A stretch of DNA of 62,527 bases, filler included, from Basidioascus undulatus (GCA_000826855.1; 18 parts of 18 records of this genome joined end to end with filler, not necessarily neighbours in it); one strand, 5' to 3'. Shown: positions 34,712 to 46,699, numbered from the whole stretch's first letter. Translations and numbers: made by a program. Notes: generated by a model not told the origin, from the letters alone.

Positions 34712-36870
34712 TCACAGATAATCCACAACATCCTGCAACTTCTTCGCCACCCTCGGGGCGAACTTGAACCCCTCGAGATACTCCCTAAACGTTCCTACAA
34801 CCATGACCAGCGCATCCTTCGTCGCTGCTCCGTCCCCCACCCTCGAATCAGCCTCTCCGTCCTCCCTCCCCTCCCCTTTTACACAGACAACAAACGCACC
34901 GTGCACCAGCGGCGTAACATGCCGGTCCAGCGCGTCCGCCGCCTCACGCTGCTGTGCACGCTGGGCGCTCGGAGGAGGTGTGCGCGCGAGGACCTCCTCG
35001 GCGTACTCTTCCAGCGCGGAGAGGAGGAGGACGAGCGCTTCCAGTACGCGCGGGATATCACGCTGCACGAGGCCGTAGGCGTCCTCGGTGAGGGAGGCGG
35101 AAGTGAGGCGGGCGAGACCTGCGCGGTCGTTTTTACGTCAGTCAGCGGCTTTTTGGAAAGGAGAGAGAGGAATGAAAGAGAGCGAGGATGAGGGAGGGGG
35201 AGGGGAGAGGGAGAGGGACGACGCACCGAGGACCGCCTGCCCAACCACATGCCTGTCCCGCACAACAGCCCTGACCTCCTCCTCCACGCCCGTCGTGCCC
35301 ACAGCACGCACAACAGCCTGCTCCAGGCCCTTCACCTCCTTCTCCACCTCCTTCTCCACCCTCTCCACCTTCTCCCTCGCAGGCTGTACGGCCTTCTCCA
35401 CAGCATGCTCGATCTTCTTTGGCGTGCCGCCCGAGAGGAAGAGCGCGGGGACGGTGGAGCTTGAGGAGGGGGTGGGGAACGCGAAGGAAGGGGAGGCGGA
35501 GGCGGAGGGGGAGATGGAGGAGATGGAGGAGATGGAAGAAGAGGAGGCGGAGGTGAGGAGGTTGTTGAGTGCGGACTTCTTCGAGGGGCGGAAGATCGCT
35601 TGCGACTCGCGGACGCGGGGATCGCGTGGCGAAGAAGGAGCGGGGGCGGTACCAGCAGCAGCAGCAGTAGGGGCAGAAGGAAGAGGGGGGGCGGCGTGCC
35701 GGTCCGCGATGGCACGGTAGGAGCGCCCGATGCGCTTGAGCGCCTCGCGCGAGAGCGCGTACCAGGTGGTTGTGGTTGGCGTGCGGTTGAAGATGTCTTT
35801 GAAGATGGACTGCCGGCGCGCGGGGTCGGTGCTGACATGCGCGAACTCAAGCCAGGCGAAGTGCTGCGATGATCCGCGGGTCAATCGTTGTGGGAGGAGG
35901 AGTAGACGGGAGCGGACCTGGTAGTACGGGTCTGCGCTCCGCAGTCCGTCGAGCAAGCACACATTCGGCGCAGACGAGAGCTTGCTGATGTAGATTGGCT
36001 GCCAATGCCCCAACATCGTATGCTTGAGTCTCAGCGGAGTCCAAAGATGCAGTGGGAGGAAAAAACGCACCTGCACAGAGTAAATATCAAACAGCGTGTT
36101 CGCGACCTCCCACGCGACGGCGAGGGCGACGCCCAGCGCCGCCGCGCGGAAGACGATCCCGAACCAGATGTGGTTCTGCCTGAGGAGGGTGTACATGTGG
36201 GGGCTGCCGGGGCAGCCGCACATCAGCACACCAGTCACGAGGGCGCTTCGGCAAGTTGAGAAGGGGACAGGAGTGGAGAAGGAAGGAAGGGGAGAAGGAG
36301 AAGGAGGCGGACCACGCACCGGAAGGAAGGCACGCTGAGGGCCGCGATGAGCCGGTAGACGGGGCGGCGGACGAGCAGGTAGGTGGAGAGCGTGCCCAGG
36401 ACGGTGAAGAGTGCAAAGCGCGCGGTGAGGGGGACGGACTGACGCAGGCGGGCCTGGACGCGCGCGGCGAGTGGGGTGGACTGCAGGATAGAACGCGGGG
36501 AGATGAGCCCGGAGGCAGGAAGAGGAAGTGGGGCGGGGGAGTACGGGACGCACGGGATCGTCGGAGAACTGGACGAGATGCCGGTCCCGCCAAAGCTGGA
36601 GTGCGCCGTATGCGAGGCCTAGGACGGACTGCAAGAGGACGAGGAAGATGAAGCGCTCGTTGAACTGCCAGCCGCGTTTCCTTTACCCCCCTCACACAAT
36701 CAGATCACCCACCACATGCTAGACCAAAGGGAAGAGGGAACCACACGCACTTGTTCCACCCGAACGGCCCGAGCCGCGCCTCACCCTGCGCCCAGCCGAT
36801 CACGAACGCATACAGCACCGCGGCTGCCGCGCCGCTCGCTGCGTGGAGGCCAAGGACGCGCCAGGTGGAC
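34712..36870 (-). CDS. NDC1: Transmembrane nucleoporin Ndc1, partial
   Basis: WQFNERFIFL, PIYISKLSSAPNVCLLDGLRS.DPYYQ|HFAWLEF..S..PARRQSIFKD and SLTEDAYGLVQRDIPRVLEAL. Stop at 34712. Confidence 0.85.
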
Positions 36871-36970
36871 NNNNNNNNNNNNNNNNNNNNNNNNNNNNNN
36901 NNNNNNNNNNNNNNTTAATTAATTAANNNNNNNNNNNNNNNNNNNNNNNNNNNNNNNNNNNNNNNNNNNN

Positions 36971-38206
36971 GGCGGCTTGTTCGGCGGCTCGACGTTCGGG
37001 CAGCAGCAGCAGCAGCCGTTGCAGCAGCAGCAACAGCAGCAGCAGACGCTCTCCACTTCCGTCGACCAGAACCCCTACGGCACGAACCCTCTCTTCGACA
37101 CGATCCCCACCGGCCCGGCAGCGACCGCGCTCGGCGCGTCTGCGGCAGCGGGCGCTTCGGCGCTGACGAAGCGCAAGCCCGTCCTCTCCTCCAGCGTGCG
37201 CGCGACGCCCTCCCGCCCGCTCACGCGCCTCCGCGGCTTCGCCTCCCCCGCCTCGGGCGTGTCCGCCGCCGGGCGCGGCTCCACGACCTCGCCTGTTGTT
37301 GCGGCGCGCGGGTCGCCCCAGCCCCTGTTCGGCTCCCTGCCCAGCGAGACGGCCCTCAGCCCAAACGCGTTCCTCCCACGCCAGTCGGTCAAGAAGCTCG
37401 TCCTCGACCGCAAGCCAGGCGAGGAGGCCTCCATCCTCCGCGCGAGCGTCAGCGTCACGCCCCGCGGGTCGCCAGCCCCGAACGGCTCACCCATTCCCGC
37501 AGCAGCAGCAGGGACGCCCAAGGTCTCGTTCCACCCACACCTCGAGCGCGCAGCGCAGGACTCGCTCCGCCGCTCGCCGGCCGTCGGCGGCGGCTCTCCC
37601 GCCGCCACCCCCATCCGCCGGTCCGCCACCAGCACCTCCATCCTCGACGGCCTCACCACCACGCCCAGCCACTCACCGCCGTCCTTCACCGGCAAGGTCG
37701 CGAGCCAGCGCGCGGGCCGCGCCCCCGCCGCCGCGCCGATCCGGGACGGCGAATACTGGTCGAGCCCGTCACTGGACGAGCTACAGACGATGTCCGCGCG
37801 CGAGCTGCAGGCCGTGCCCGACTTCGTCGTCGGCCGGCATGGGTTCGGCGAGATCCGGTTCCTTGAGCCCGTGGACCTCACCTCCGTGCCCTCGCTCTCC
37901 GACTTCCTCGGCACGCTCGTCGTCTTCGAGCCGCGCGTCGCGTACGTCTACCCCGCCGCGGAAGGCGAGGACGAGGCGGCGGCGGACGCGGCGAAGCCTC
38001 CGCCGGGGAAGGGCCTCAACGTCCCTGCCCAGATCAGCCTCGAGAAGTGCTGGCCGCGCGACAAGGCGACCGGCGAGCCGATCAGGGACGCGGACCACCC
38101 GAAGATGGCTAGCCACGTCAAGCGCCTTCGCAAGGTGCCTGACACGTTGTTCAAGAGCTTCGATGCCGCTGAGGGGAAGTGGGTGTTTGAGGTTGAGGGC
38201 TTCTGA
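36971..38206 (+). CDS. Nup98/Nup116/Nup145N-type FG nucleoporin, C-terminal part
   Basis: GLFG..FG and poly-Q, DQNPYG.NPLF, LSPNAF.PR.SVKKL, and the Nucleoporin2 domain YWSSPSLDEL...VPDFVVGRHGFGEIRFLEPVDL...KPPPGKGLNVPAQISLEKCWP...GKWVFEVEGF-stop. Confidence 0.9.
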   Translation, partial: GGLFGGSTFGQQQQQPLQQQQQQQQTLSTSVDQNPYGTNPLFDTIPTGPAATALGASAAAGASALTKRKPVLSSSVRATPSRPLTRLRGFASPASGVSAAGRGSTTSPVVAARGSPQPLFGSLPSETALSPNAFLPRQSVKKLVLDRKPGEEASILRASVSVTPRGSPAPNGSPIPAAAAGTPKVSFHPHLERAAQDSLRRSPAVGGGSPAATPIRRSATSTSILDGLTTTPSHSPPSFTGKVASQRAGRAPAAAPIRDGEYWSSPSLDELQTMSARELQAVPDFVVGRHGFGEIRFLEPVDLTSVPSLSDFLGTLVVFEPRVAYVYPAAEGEDEAAADAAKPPPGKGLNVPAQISLEKCWPRDKATGEPIRDADHPKMASHVKRLRKVPDTLFKSFDAAEGKWVFEVEGF

Positions 38207-38569
38207 GCAGGAACGGAAGAGGGCGGAATGAAGGGGCGGTCGTGCTGGTTGGGGCAGGTCAGGAGCGCGGATTTCAGGTTGCCTGTGCATTTATCTTGCT
38301 TGTAGCTTGCCGTAGTCTGAGTTTCGCGAAATGCACGCTCGCAGAGTGTGTCAACTCCATGGCACTAGGTGCAGGGCTGGCTGGGCGCGGTACTGGTTGA
38401 AAATGAAGGAGACGGCGCCGTCATTGTGATGATGTTCTTCAACACGCTTAACCAACGCGTCTTCCGAAATATACGAGGGTTTGCAGCGCTCCAGCTTAGA
38501 TGGAAAGCTTTCCCAGACAACAGAGCGCAGACGCGCGTTTGAAACTCCGCAAGAGACCCGACAACTCTT

Positions 38570-39209
38570 TCAATTGACAGACCGTGCTGCATCGGGCTGA
38601 CTCCGGGGCCGACAAGGTGACCCATCCCTGCAAGCTGCAAGCCGTGCATGCCGTGGATCATTGGTCCCGGGCCGCCGTTTCGCCCTCAAGGCGCTCTTCC
38701 CCAACAGCCAGCTCTGTAACCGCTCTCAGAAACTCGCGCATAGCGAACCGCTCTCCCGCATACTCCTGATCATACTACCCGTCCGCCGCCCTTCGACGAA
38801 TCAGCCAACCGCCTCTTCCCTGATATGCTCCGCATACCAAACCAAACTAGAGCGCGTACCCAGTAGTTGACAGCTACGCACGGCCGTCCAGCCTGCTGCA
38901 CGTGGTGGTACCACCCGCCGGGGAGGTACAGCGCGTCGCCCGCGGCGACGGTGACGGTCACGGGCCGGGCGTGGGCGAAGCGCGGACTTTGGGAGGACGC
39001 GGCGGGGGAGAGGGGGTCGACGGAGATCCAGGACACGGGTGGGGCGTCGGACGAGGGCGTCAGCTCGAGCGCGGAGGAGGGCGTGCGCCGCGTGTAGGTC
39101 GCGGCGGGGTAGAGGGACTCTGTCGGGGATGGATGGTAAGGAGGGAGAGGGAGAGAGAGAGAAGGGGTAAGACGCGACGCACAGCGATCCTCTTCCGCAC
39201 GCCGCCCAT
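38570..39209 (-). CDS. JmjC/cupin-like oxygenase, JMJD7-like, 3' part
   Basis: WISVDP, VTVAAGDALYLPGGWYHHVQQ and CVAVNYW|YDQEY across a GT-AG intron. Confidence 0.82.
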
Positions 39210-41453
39210 NNNNNNNNNNNNNNNNNNNNNNNNNNNNNNNNNNNNNNNNNNNNTTAATTAATTAANNNNNNNNNNNNNNNNNNNNNNNNNNNNNNNNNNN
39301 NNNNNNNNNCATCCAAATGATACCCTACCCTCCCACCCCGCCGTTTTCTGCTCTTGGTTCCCCTTCACTTTCACTTTCTCCTGATAGCCCAGTTTTGTTT
39401 CTGCGCTTTTCTTTGTGTTTGAGGTTGTCTCGTTAGCAGTACGTATGCAGCCAAGCGCAGTTTTGATGTTTGGCCTCGCGTTGCGGAGAGAAAGAGATGC
39501 GTGGATGGGACTTGGGCGATGCGGGGTGAGATCAGGGGCCGACATGGTAGCCTATTGGGCAAGTGCTGTGGAAAGCAACAGGGTTGCGCGAGACTACGGA
39601 GTGCCGTCGGGGACGCGAACGGAACTGTTCGATGGACTTTGCACGCTGCTGCTGGCAAGTCGTGATAAACTTGGTTGTACATCGCTGTCTTCAAGAATAT
39701 CCTGGCTGTTGAACAACCATCAAACGCTCGCTCTCCGCGTGCAATGTTGCGGACGCGCAGCGGTCGGCGCGGAGGGAGGTCGAGGTGGTGGGAGCGTTCT
39801 CGGATCCCGGCTCTCCAGATAGGTTGGTGGTGCGAACTTCCTCGAACGGTGAACGCGGGTTCCCACATGTATTTCGGAAATTTGATTAGTGTAGAAGAGC
39901 GCTGGAGAGGGCGGAGGGGGCCTTCACTGGATTCGTGGAGATGCTCGAGCCTGCCAGAACGGCGCTGCCTTTGCGCCCAAAGCCTGATTCGGCTATGGCG
40001 GGACTTGCAAGAATGAAGGGTCTTGATTTCCCCATTGCGTAAAAAGGCTCGGGTGTTGGGGGTGGAGGAAAGCTGCTACGGGATGCATTCACACACTCGC
40101 AAAACGCAACGCACTGCAAACCGACGTAGAGTTCAGGACTGTCCCTCCCGTAACGTAGTTTCAGAGCGCATTGATTTTCTTTGAGTACTTGAGTGTCTTC
40201 ATAGTTCTATCAGGACTCCAGAAGCGGGTGGCGTGAGAGCAGGAGCGAGGTGCCCCTGTGCATTGTGCTTTTCCCAGCTGCGGGATTAAAACAAACGAAT
40301 GTGGTCACGTCGAGAAGGTTGTTGGAGCGGTAAGGTGATTTTAAACCGAGCTTGAAGTTATCTGGACGGCTGCTGTAGGCGTTGAACAAATTGAGAGGAG
40401 CCGAGGAGCTCAGCTTCGAGCCAGCTGCAGGCAAGAAAGTATTGCAGGTACTGCACCTCAACCTAGTAGCACACCGGAGATTTGTAATTCATGGCAAGCC
40501 TTTATAGTATATAGCTGCATATACGGGCTTTTCGGAGCTTTCACTCAGTTCACGGTGCTGAGGTTCTGGCGTGTCTTTCCGATAACGAAGTTGGGGCAGA
40601 AAGTTCTTGGGGCAGTCTGTGTCCCCTTGAGTAATGAGTATGAGGCCCGCACTAGTCAAGTTATAGATCATTAATTTTCCCGGTCTTTCAATCTCACTTC
40701 CGGAGCAACGACATTTTCCCTCTGGCGAGCTGTGAGAGTGGGAGCAAGTGCGGCCGCTTGACGCGAGCGTCGCCATCCCAGTTCAAAGGCTTCTTCTGTA
40801 CTGTTCGTTTATTGTAACATTGGATTTTTAGGGAATATACGCTGATGCGGTCCGCTGTCGTGTGCCAGCCAAGATTTGAGGTAGGAGGGTCTGGTCATAC
40901 ATCGACGTCGTCTGCTCCGTCGACTATGATGCAGGTCATGCAGAGCCTAATCACCAACTGTTAATAGGGGTTCAGCTCCTCATTTCTGGCTGAACCGTGC
41001 GCCACGTCTATTCGGCAAGGCCGGCAGTCCATTTCTGGCGATGTGTGGCCGCGTCGCTGATCGGTGATTCGGCTAGGCAAACCTGGCCTTGTGATGGGGC
41101 CGTTGGACCTGCAAGGCACGCTCCAGAGACACCTGGAGTGGGTACTTCTTTCTTTCAGCCCTCATCAACGTTGTGAGTGGGAAGACGTTGATGTGGAAAG
41201 GTTGACAAGCGCGCGTCCCACTGCATCGCCTCGTTCCGCAACGCACATACATTGCTATTTTGCCATTCTGTGCATCGCTCCCGTTCAGATCTCCGTGCAG
41301 CATGACGACTGACGATCCTATCTCCTACAGCCTTCGAAGCAGTTATGGTCAGCATCCGAGTGTGTTGAGCGAACCTGAGAACTCAGCTGACACGTACCTG
41401 TTGCGAATTTGTCCGCAGGCCAACGAGTTCCACTGTCTTCAGCTCAGTTGTGC

Positions 41454-41547
41454 TTAGGGTTAGGTTAGGTTAGGGTTAGGTTAGGTTAGGGTTAGGTTGG
41501 GTTAGGTTGGGTTAGGTTGGGTTAGGTTGGGTTAGGTTAGGTTAGGG
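41454..41547 (+). repeat. Telomere-like array of mixed TTAGG/TTGGG/TTAGGG units at a contig end
   Basis: 94 bp made of 10x TTAGG, 4x TTGGG and 4x TTAGGG. The G-rich strand runs 5'->3' toward the contig end. Confidence 0.88.
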
Positions 41548-41647
41548 NNNNNNNNNNNNNNNNNNNNNNNNNNNNNNNNNNNNNNNNNNNNTTAATTAAT
41601 TAANNNNNNNNNNNNNNNNNNNNNNNNNNNNNNNNNNNNNNNNNNNN

Positions 41648-42218
41648 CTACCGCGGCCAGGGCCCGCCGCCGCGCGACGACCTGCAGGAGCTCGACGCGG
41701 AGGAGTACCGCGGTGCGCGCTACGGGCGCGACCAGGACGCGCCCGAGGAGCGCGCCATGCGCGGCGGGTACAGCGGCGGCCGTGGTGGCTTTGGAGGCAG
41801 CGGTGGCTTCGGTGGCGGTTCGCGGTCGTTCGAGAGGCGCGGACCGGCGAGCGGGGGCGCGTTCGGCCAGCGCCGTTCCTACTCTACGACTGCGCGTCGT
41901 TCCGGGTTCCGTCTGAAGGAGTCTTTCAACTCTCGTCCCACCCGGTCAGGGTTCACGCCCAGGGCGGAGTCGGCGGAGGAGGCTCCTACGCGCACTGAGC
42001 CTGTGCGGGTGACGCGGTGCGAGGGCGAGGACCAGGACGCGTACGAGCAGCGCTGCGACGCCGAGCGCGAGGGCCGCGTCGCCGCGGTGAAGAAGCCGGG
42101 CAGGGTCGAGCTCCACCCGCTGTCGTTCTACCGCCACGAGGCCAAGATTGCCCGGCGCAGGAAGTGGGCCGCGTACGACGCGCAGAAGCGGATGGAGGCG
42201 ATCCGGAGAGAGCTCTGA
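41648..42218 (+). CDS. 3' part of a hypothetical Gly/Arg-rich (RGG-like) protein
   Basis: Open frame with strong GC3 bias, containing RGGYSGGRGGFGG and ending RRRKWAAYDAQKRMEAIRREL-stop. Confidence 0.55.
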
Positions 42219-42488
42219 GAGGATGGCGGATGGGCGTCAGGGCCGGGTTGGGGCCGGGTTATCTTTTGATATTTCATATCTTGTTCTGTTAATGTCGCAA
42301 TTTTGTAACACTAGCATCTAGACGCACCTCTCATTTGGCATACGCGGAAAAGCGATGGGACTGCGGTTTGCGTTGGTTTGCGACTTGGCGGAGGCGCGCC
42401 GGACTGGGATGGTACGCTCGCTTGCGGATTCGGGTGAGTGAAGTTCATACGACGACGTCTGTTCAAATCTACCGAGAGTCGCTTGATC

Positions 42489-42916
42489 GAGGACATCGAA
42501 ACAAGAGCTCGCGCGGCGGCGCGGCGGCGCGGCGGCGCGGGAGTAGTAGACTGAGTAGAATAGCCGACCCCCGCGCCGCCCACTGCAAGTCGCAGTCAGC
42601 CTGAAATGAACACCCAGCTTCCACGATTGTGCATGGTGGTGCTTTTGAGAGTAATTCGTCTTCTATATATCCTGTAACTAGCAGTGAACTCTGTTTTGCG
42701 CTTAGAAGAAAGGGGGGGGAAATATCCTATCCACTTCAGACGCTCCTAGTGTTGCGGTGGCTTCAGGGCAACTAACGGCAGGGTTCTTGTAATGGAAGAC
42801 ATGAAAGGTACTTATAATTGAAGAAAATTTTCAACAGCTGCCAGAAGGCGCTGGTGGCCGCGAATATGACAACAGAGAACACGCGGCGCGGCGCGGACGC
42901 TTGTTTCGACGTCCTG
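42489..42916. mobile_element. 428-bp non-autonomous hAT-like MITE
   Basis: TIRs GAGGACATCGAAACAAG and (reverse complement) CAGGACGTCGAAACAAG match 15/17 and extend imperfectly to ~30 bp. An exact 8-bp direct repeat GCTTGATC flanks them at 42481-42488 and 42917-42924. There are CGCGG subterminal repeats, an AT-rich core and no transposase. Confidence 0.75.
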
Positions 42917-43805
42917 GCTTGATCATGTACCAACCTGACAGAATGACAGCGAAGCTGCTGCTATGATTTCAGTTGCGATTGGACAGAGCTGCCTGCCAGC
43001 TGCAACGCGCAACGAGGTAAAATGCCCCACAGCCAAATCACTCATGGGTAGAGGGAACCTCTAATTGAACTGTATGTTCTTGTTCTATGGTATGATTTGT
43101 AACTGGTCGATGGCCAGGGACCAGCTGTTGCAATGCACACGCCGGGCTGTTGCGGACTGGCGCGCCGCTTCGCTGGACAGCTCAGTATGGAATAAGCTGT
43201 TCGATAGGCCAAAAGCGTAATGCACCATGTTTTCGTTATATTCAATGCAGTTCAAGTGGTCTCGCATTCGACCGAGATAGCTGACTCTCGGGTTGTGCCC
43301 GGCGTGCTCGGTGGGCTTCTCATGAGCCACAGTGCGTCGCTTTCGCTACACCTTTACTATCTTGCTGCAATTTATAGACCAAAAAAGTCAATACTAATCT
43401 ATGGTGTTAGGGGATCTGGGAGCTTCCTTTGCGTTGCTTCGTATCGTGCCATGCGTAAAGACAACTTTGAAAGGCGTGGGCCGTCGAGGCTATTGAAGCA
43501 CTAGGCGGGGTGAACGGGATTCATGGTAAATCTGCGTTACCCCAGAGCAGACTTCCTGACGACGAGCGTTCACTCTCGCTCTCAGTACGCAGAGGCCAGG
43601 AAGTCGTCATGTTCACTGGCAGCTCCCATCCTCCCGGCAGCCGGTGCTTGGTTCTCAAGCGTTGGAGCACCACTTCCGTCTATAACGTTGTCAAGAAATT
43701 GGGAAGTAGGGCCTACTCTTTGTATCGAAAAGAGTAGAGAGTTGACGCAGCCTCTTGTTGGGGCTTTCGCCGGATAGTGAAAAAATTCACACAGAGCAAA
43801 AAGAG

Positions 43806-43885
43806 CTCTCTGGCCGGGAATTGAACCCGGGTCGCCCGCGGTCAGGTTGAATGACAAGCGGATATACTAGCCACTATACTACCAA
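43806..43885 (-). tRNA. tRNA-Asp(GTC) with an 11-nt intron; the first ~3 nt are lost at the contig end
   Basis: Reverse strand reads TTGGTAGTATAGTGGCTAGTATA-TCCGC-TTGTCA-[ttcaacctgac]-C-GCGGG-CGACCCGGGTTCAATTCCCGG-CCAGAGA-G, followed by oligo-T. Confidence 0.92.
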
Positions 43886-44002
43886 NNNNNNNNNNNNNNN
43901 NNNNNNNNNNNNNNNNNNNNNNNNNNNNNTTAATTAATTAANNNNNNNNNNNNNNNNNNNNNNNNNNNNNNNNNNNNNNNNNNNNCCTTCCCTATTCTCA
44001 AC

Positions 44003-46173
44003 ATGCGGTCCGCCTCTTTCGCCCTCCTCGCCTCAGCGCTATACCAGCGCCGCGCCTCCTCCGGCATGTCCACCTCGTCCAACCCTCCCTCGCTCCTGCG
44101 TCTACCGCCCTCCTCCCCTTCCTCCCCGCACGCCGCCCGCGCCTCCCTCCCCAAGACGCCCTACCCCGACCCCGTGCCCTCCGAGTCCACACCCCTACTC
44201 CGCGGCCGGGACACGGCCAGGCAGTCCTACTTCGGCTCGTCGGCGATTGGAAGAGCGTTGAGTCGCGCTGGGGGACGCCCCCGCATCCCATTCGCGAGGA
44301 GGGATACGGGCGACTATGATGAGCTTTATGAGGACGAGATGATCGAGAGCGGGAAGGGCGTAAGGGTATGGTACGACTCGTTTACGAGCATTGATTGGGT
44401 GCATGATCGGGTGCGTCGATGTCCCCCCCCATCCCCTTCCCTTGTTGCTGAGCGGGAGATGGGACGCTGATATGGGGCGGCGTGAGCAGGTCAAGGAGAC
44501 CGTCCGTCTCCGCCGCCTCAGACACCTCCGCGGCGTGCGCGGGTTCCTCCTCAACTCATGGGACCGTCTGCAAGGTGCGTCCCGTCTCCCCATCTCCCCT
44601 CTCCCCTCCCGCTCACCCCTCTCCTCCCCCAACCCAGGCTGGTTAGTAGTTACCCTCATCGCCCTCACAACCGCGCTCTTCGCCTTCGCGATCGTCCGTA
44701 CCGAGTCGCTCCTCTTCGACCTCAAGTCCGGCTACTGCGCGCGCGACTGGACGCTTTCGCAGCGGTTCTGCTGTGCCCCCCCTCCGGCTTCCCACACACC
44801 CCAACCTGCCCTTTTGCGGGCGTATAACGCTGTGGGGCTGAAGGGGGAGGAGGGAGAGGGGGAGGGGTGCGAGGGCTGGAGGACGTGGACGGAGGTGGTC
44901 GGCGCGGGGAGCTGGGCGGTCGAGTTCGTGTTCTACGTTATTATCGCTGTACGTCCCTTTTCCTTTGCCCTCTTCCTTTGCTTCCCATCCCCTCCTCTCC
45001 CCAACTGATCCCCTAACCCCGGGCGACCAGCTCGCCCTCGCCTCCATCGCCTCATCCATGACCGTCTACCTCTCCGCGTCGAACGCGCCGTGGGTGAACT
45101 CGCACAAGGACTCGCACCTCGACGCATACCACCATGCGGCCGCAGGCCGCCGGGACTCTTCCAATTCATCTGCGGAAGGCGCCGAGGAGGGAGCGGCGAA
45201 GGAGGCGGAGCAACAGGAACAGAGGGCAAAGAGGAAGGTCATGTACTTTGCGGCCGGGAGCGGGATCCCGGAGATCAAGGTGCGGGGGCGCTGCTACTCG
45301 GTTTCTTAACCTTCATTGGCGGGCGAGGCTGAGTGATTGGGTGACAGGTTATTCTTGCGGGATTTGTGATCCGCGGCTACCTCGGCGTGTGGACACTCAG
45401 TGCGTCTCCTGCCCTCTTTCGGTCTTCACAGGACAAATGCAGCGGCTGATACCCCCACCTGAATGGATTATTGTGATTGTTGTGCGCAGTCTGCAAGTCC
45501 GTCGGCCTCGCCCTCGCCGTCGCGTCCGGCCTCTCGCTCGGGAAAGAGGGCGTGCGTCCCTTTCCCGTCCTCCCTTCCATATCCGCTTCCCCATCTCCCA
45601 TCTCCACTTCCCCATCTCCCCTTTCACATATTGTCTCCCTCACTCCCCTTCCTCTTCCTCCCACCTCCCTTTCTCCTCGCCTCCTTCGCCAGCAACAGCT
45701 GACTCGGACGCTGATGATGGTTCGGAACTCCTCTAGCCAATGGTGCAAATTGCCGCCTGCGTAGGGAACATCGTGCGTGCCTATCCGGTTCTGAAAAAGA
45801 AACAGGAGGGGCTAGGAGCTGATGCGACTGTTGGGGTGGAACAGGTCGCGCGGTTCTTTAGGAAGTTCGAAGCGAACGAGGGGAAGCGACGCGAGGTGCT
45901 AAGCGCGGCGTGCGCGGCGGGTGTTGCGGTGCGTCTTTCCCTCTTCCCCGCTTCCCCCGCTCCCTCCTGCCAGCATCTTCCCCTGCCCATGCCCCCATCA
46001 CGCTTTGTTGACTCGTGTGTGGGATGTGTACAGGTCGCCTTCGGCGCGCCCATCGGCGGCGTCCTCTTCTCGCTCGAAGAAGTGTCGACCTACTTCCCGC
46101 CAAAGGTCATGTGGCGCTCGTTCTTCTGCGCCACCGTTGCCGCGGCGTTTTTGAAGTTCTTGGATCCGTTCGG
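44003..46173 (+). CDS. CLC chloride channel / Cl-H+ antiporter (Gef1-like), 5' part
   Basis: [68 protein letters not shown] and MWRSFFCA. Confidence 0.95.
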
Positions 46174-46318
46174 GTGCGTTCCGTCTTCCTATGAGGGGTG
46201 CTGGGGGAGGTGTGGGGGNNNNNNNNNNNNNNNNNNNNNNNNNNNNNNNNNNNNNNNNNNNNTTAATTAATTAANNNNNNNNNNNNNNNNNNNNNNNNNN
46301 NNNNNNNNNNNNNNNNNN

Positions 46319-46699
46319 CGGGGAAGGTGAAGAGGCCGATTACGGATGGGCGGGGCTTTCGCGTGTGGTGGAGGGGGGAGGTGCTGGTTGTGGTGTAGTG
46401 GGCGGTGGAGGTGGTGGAGGAGAAAGAGGAGAAGGAGGTGCTGGTGGTGGTTGTGGAGAAGAAGAGCGGCTTGGCGCCGAGTGAGGCGGCCGGCGGGGGC
46501 GGCTCGGGGAGGTCCTCAATCGTTACGCCTCGGGGGAAGGTGGACTTGGTGGCGTAGGACTGGGACGATGGGAGGGTGACGGAGGCCAAGGGCGGCGTTG
46601 GCGGAGGAGAGGTGGATGGGGAGGAGGCGGTGCTGCTGCTCGAGGAGGCGGAGAGCGCCGGGGAGGGCGGAGCTGGGAGCGGAGGCAGGGCGGAGGACA
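46319..46699 (-). CDS. 5' part of a hypothetical Ser/Pro/Thr-rich protein
   Basis: ACC-ATG at 46699, open to the contig end with coding-like codon usage. No recognisable domain. Confidence 0.4.

Noticed and set aside
37075..38231. Long antisense and alternative-frame ORFs over real genes (also at 15-812, 48763-50193, 56400-57251, 59555-60148)
   Set aside because: These are shadow ORFs expected from high GC3 codon bias. They are low-complexity with no motifs.
39310..41453. Short ORFs in the DNA preceding the first telomere array
   Set aside because: No recognisable domain, helicase or reverse-transcriptase motif was found. A possible first exon at 39545 (minus strand) is too short to call.
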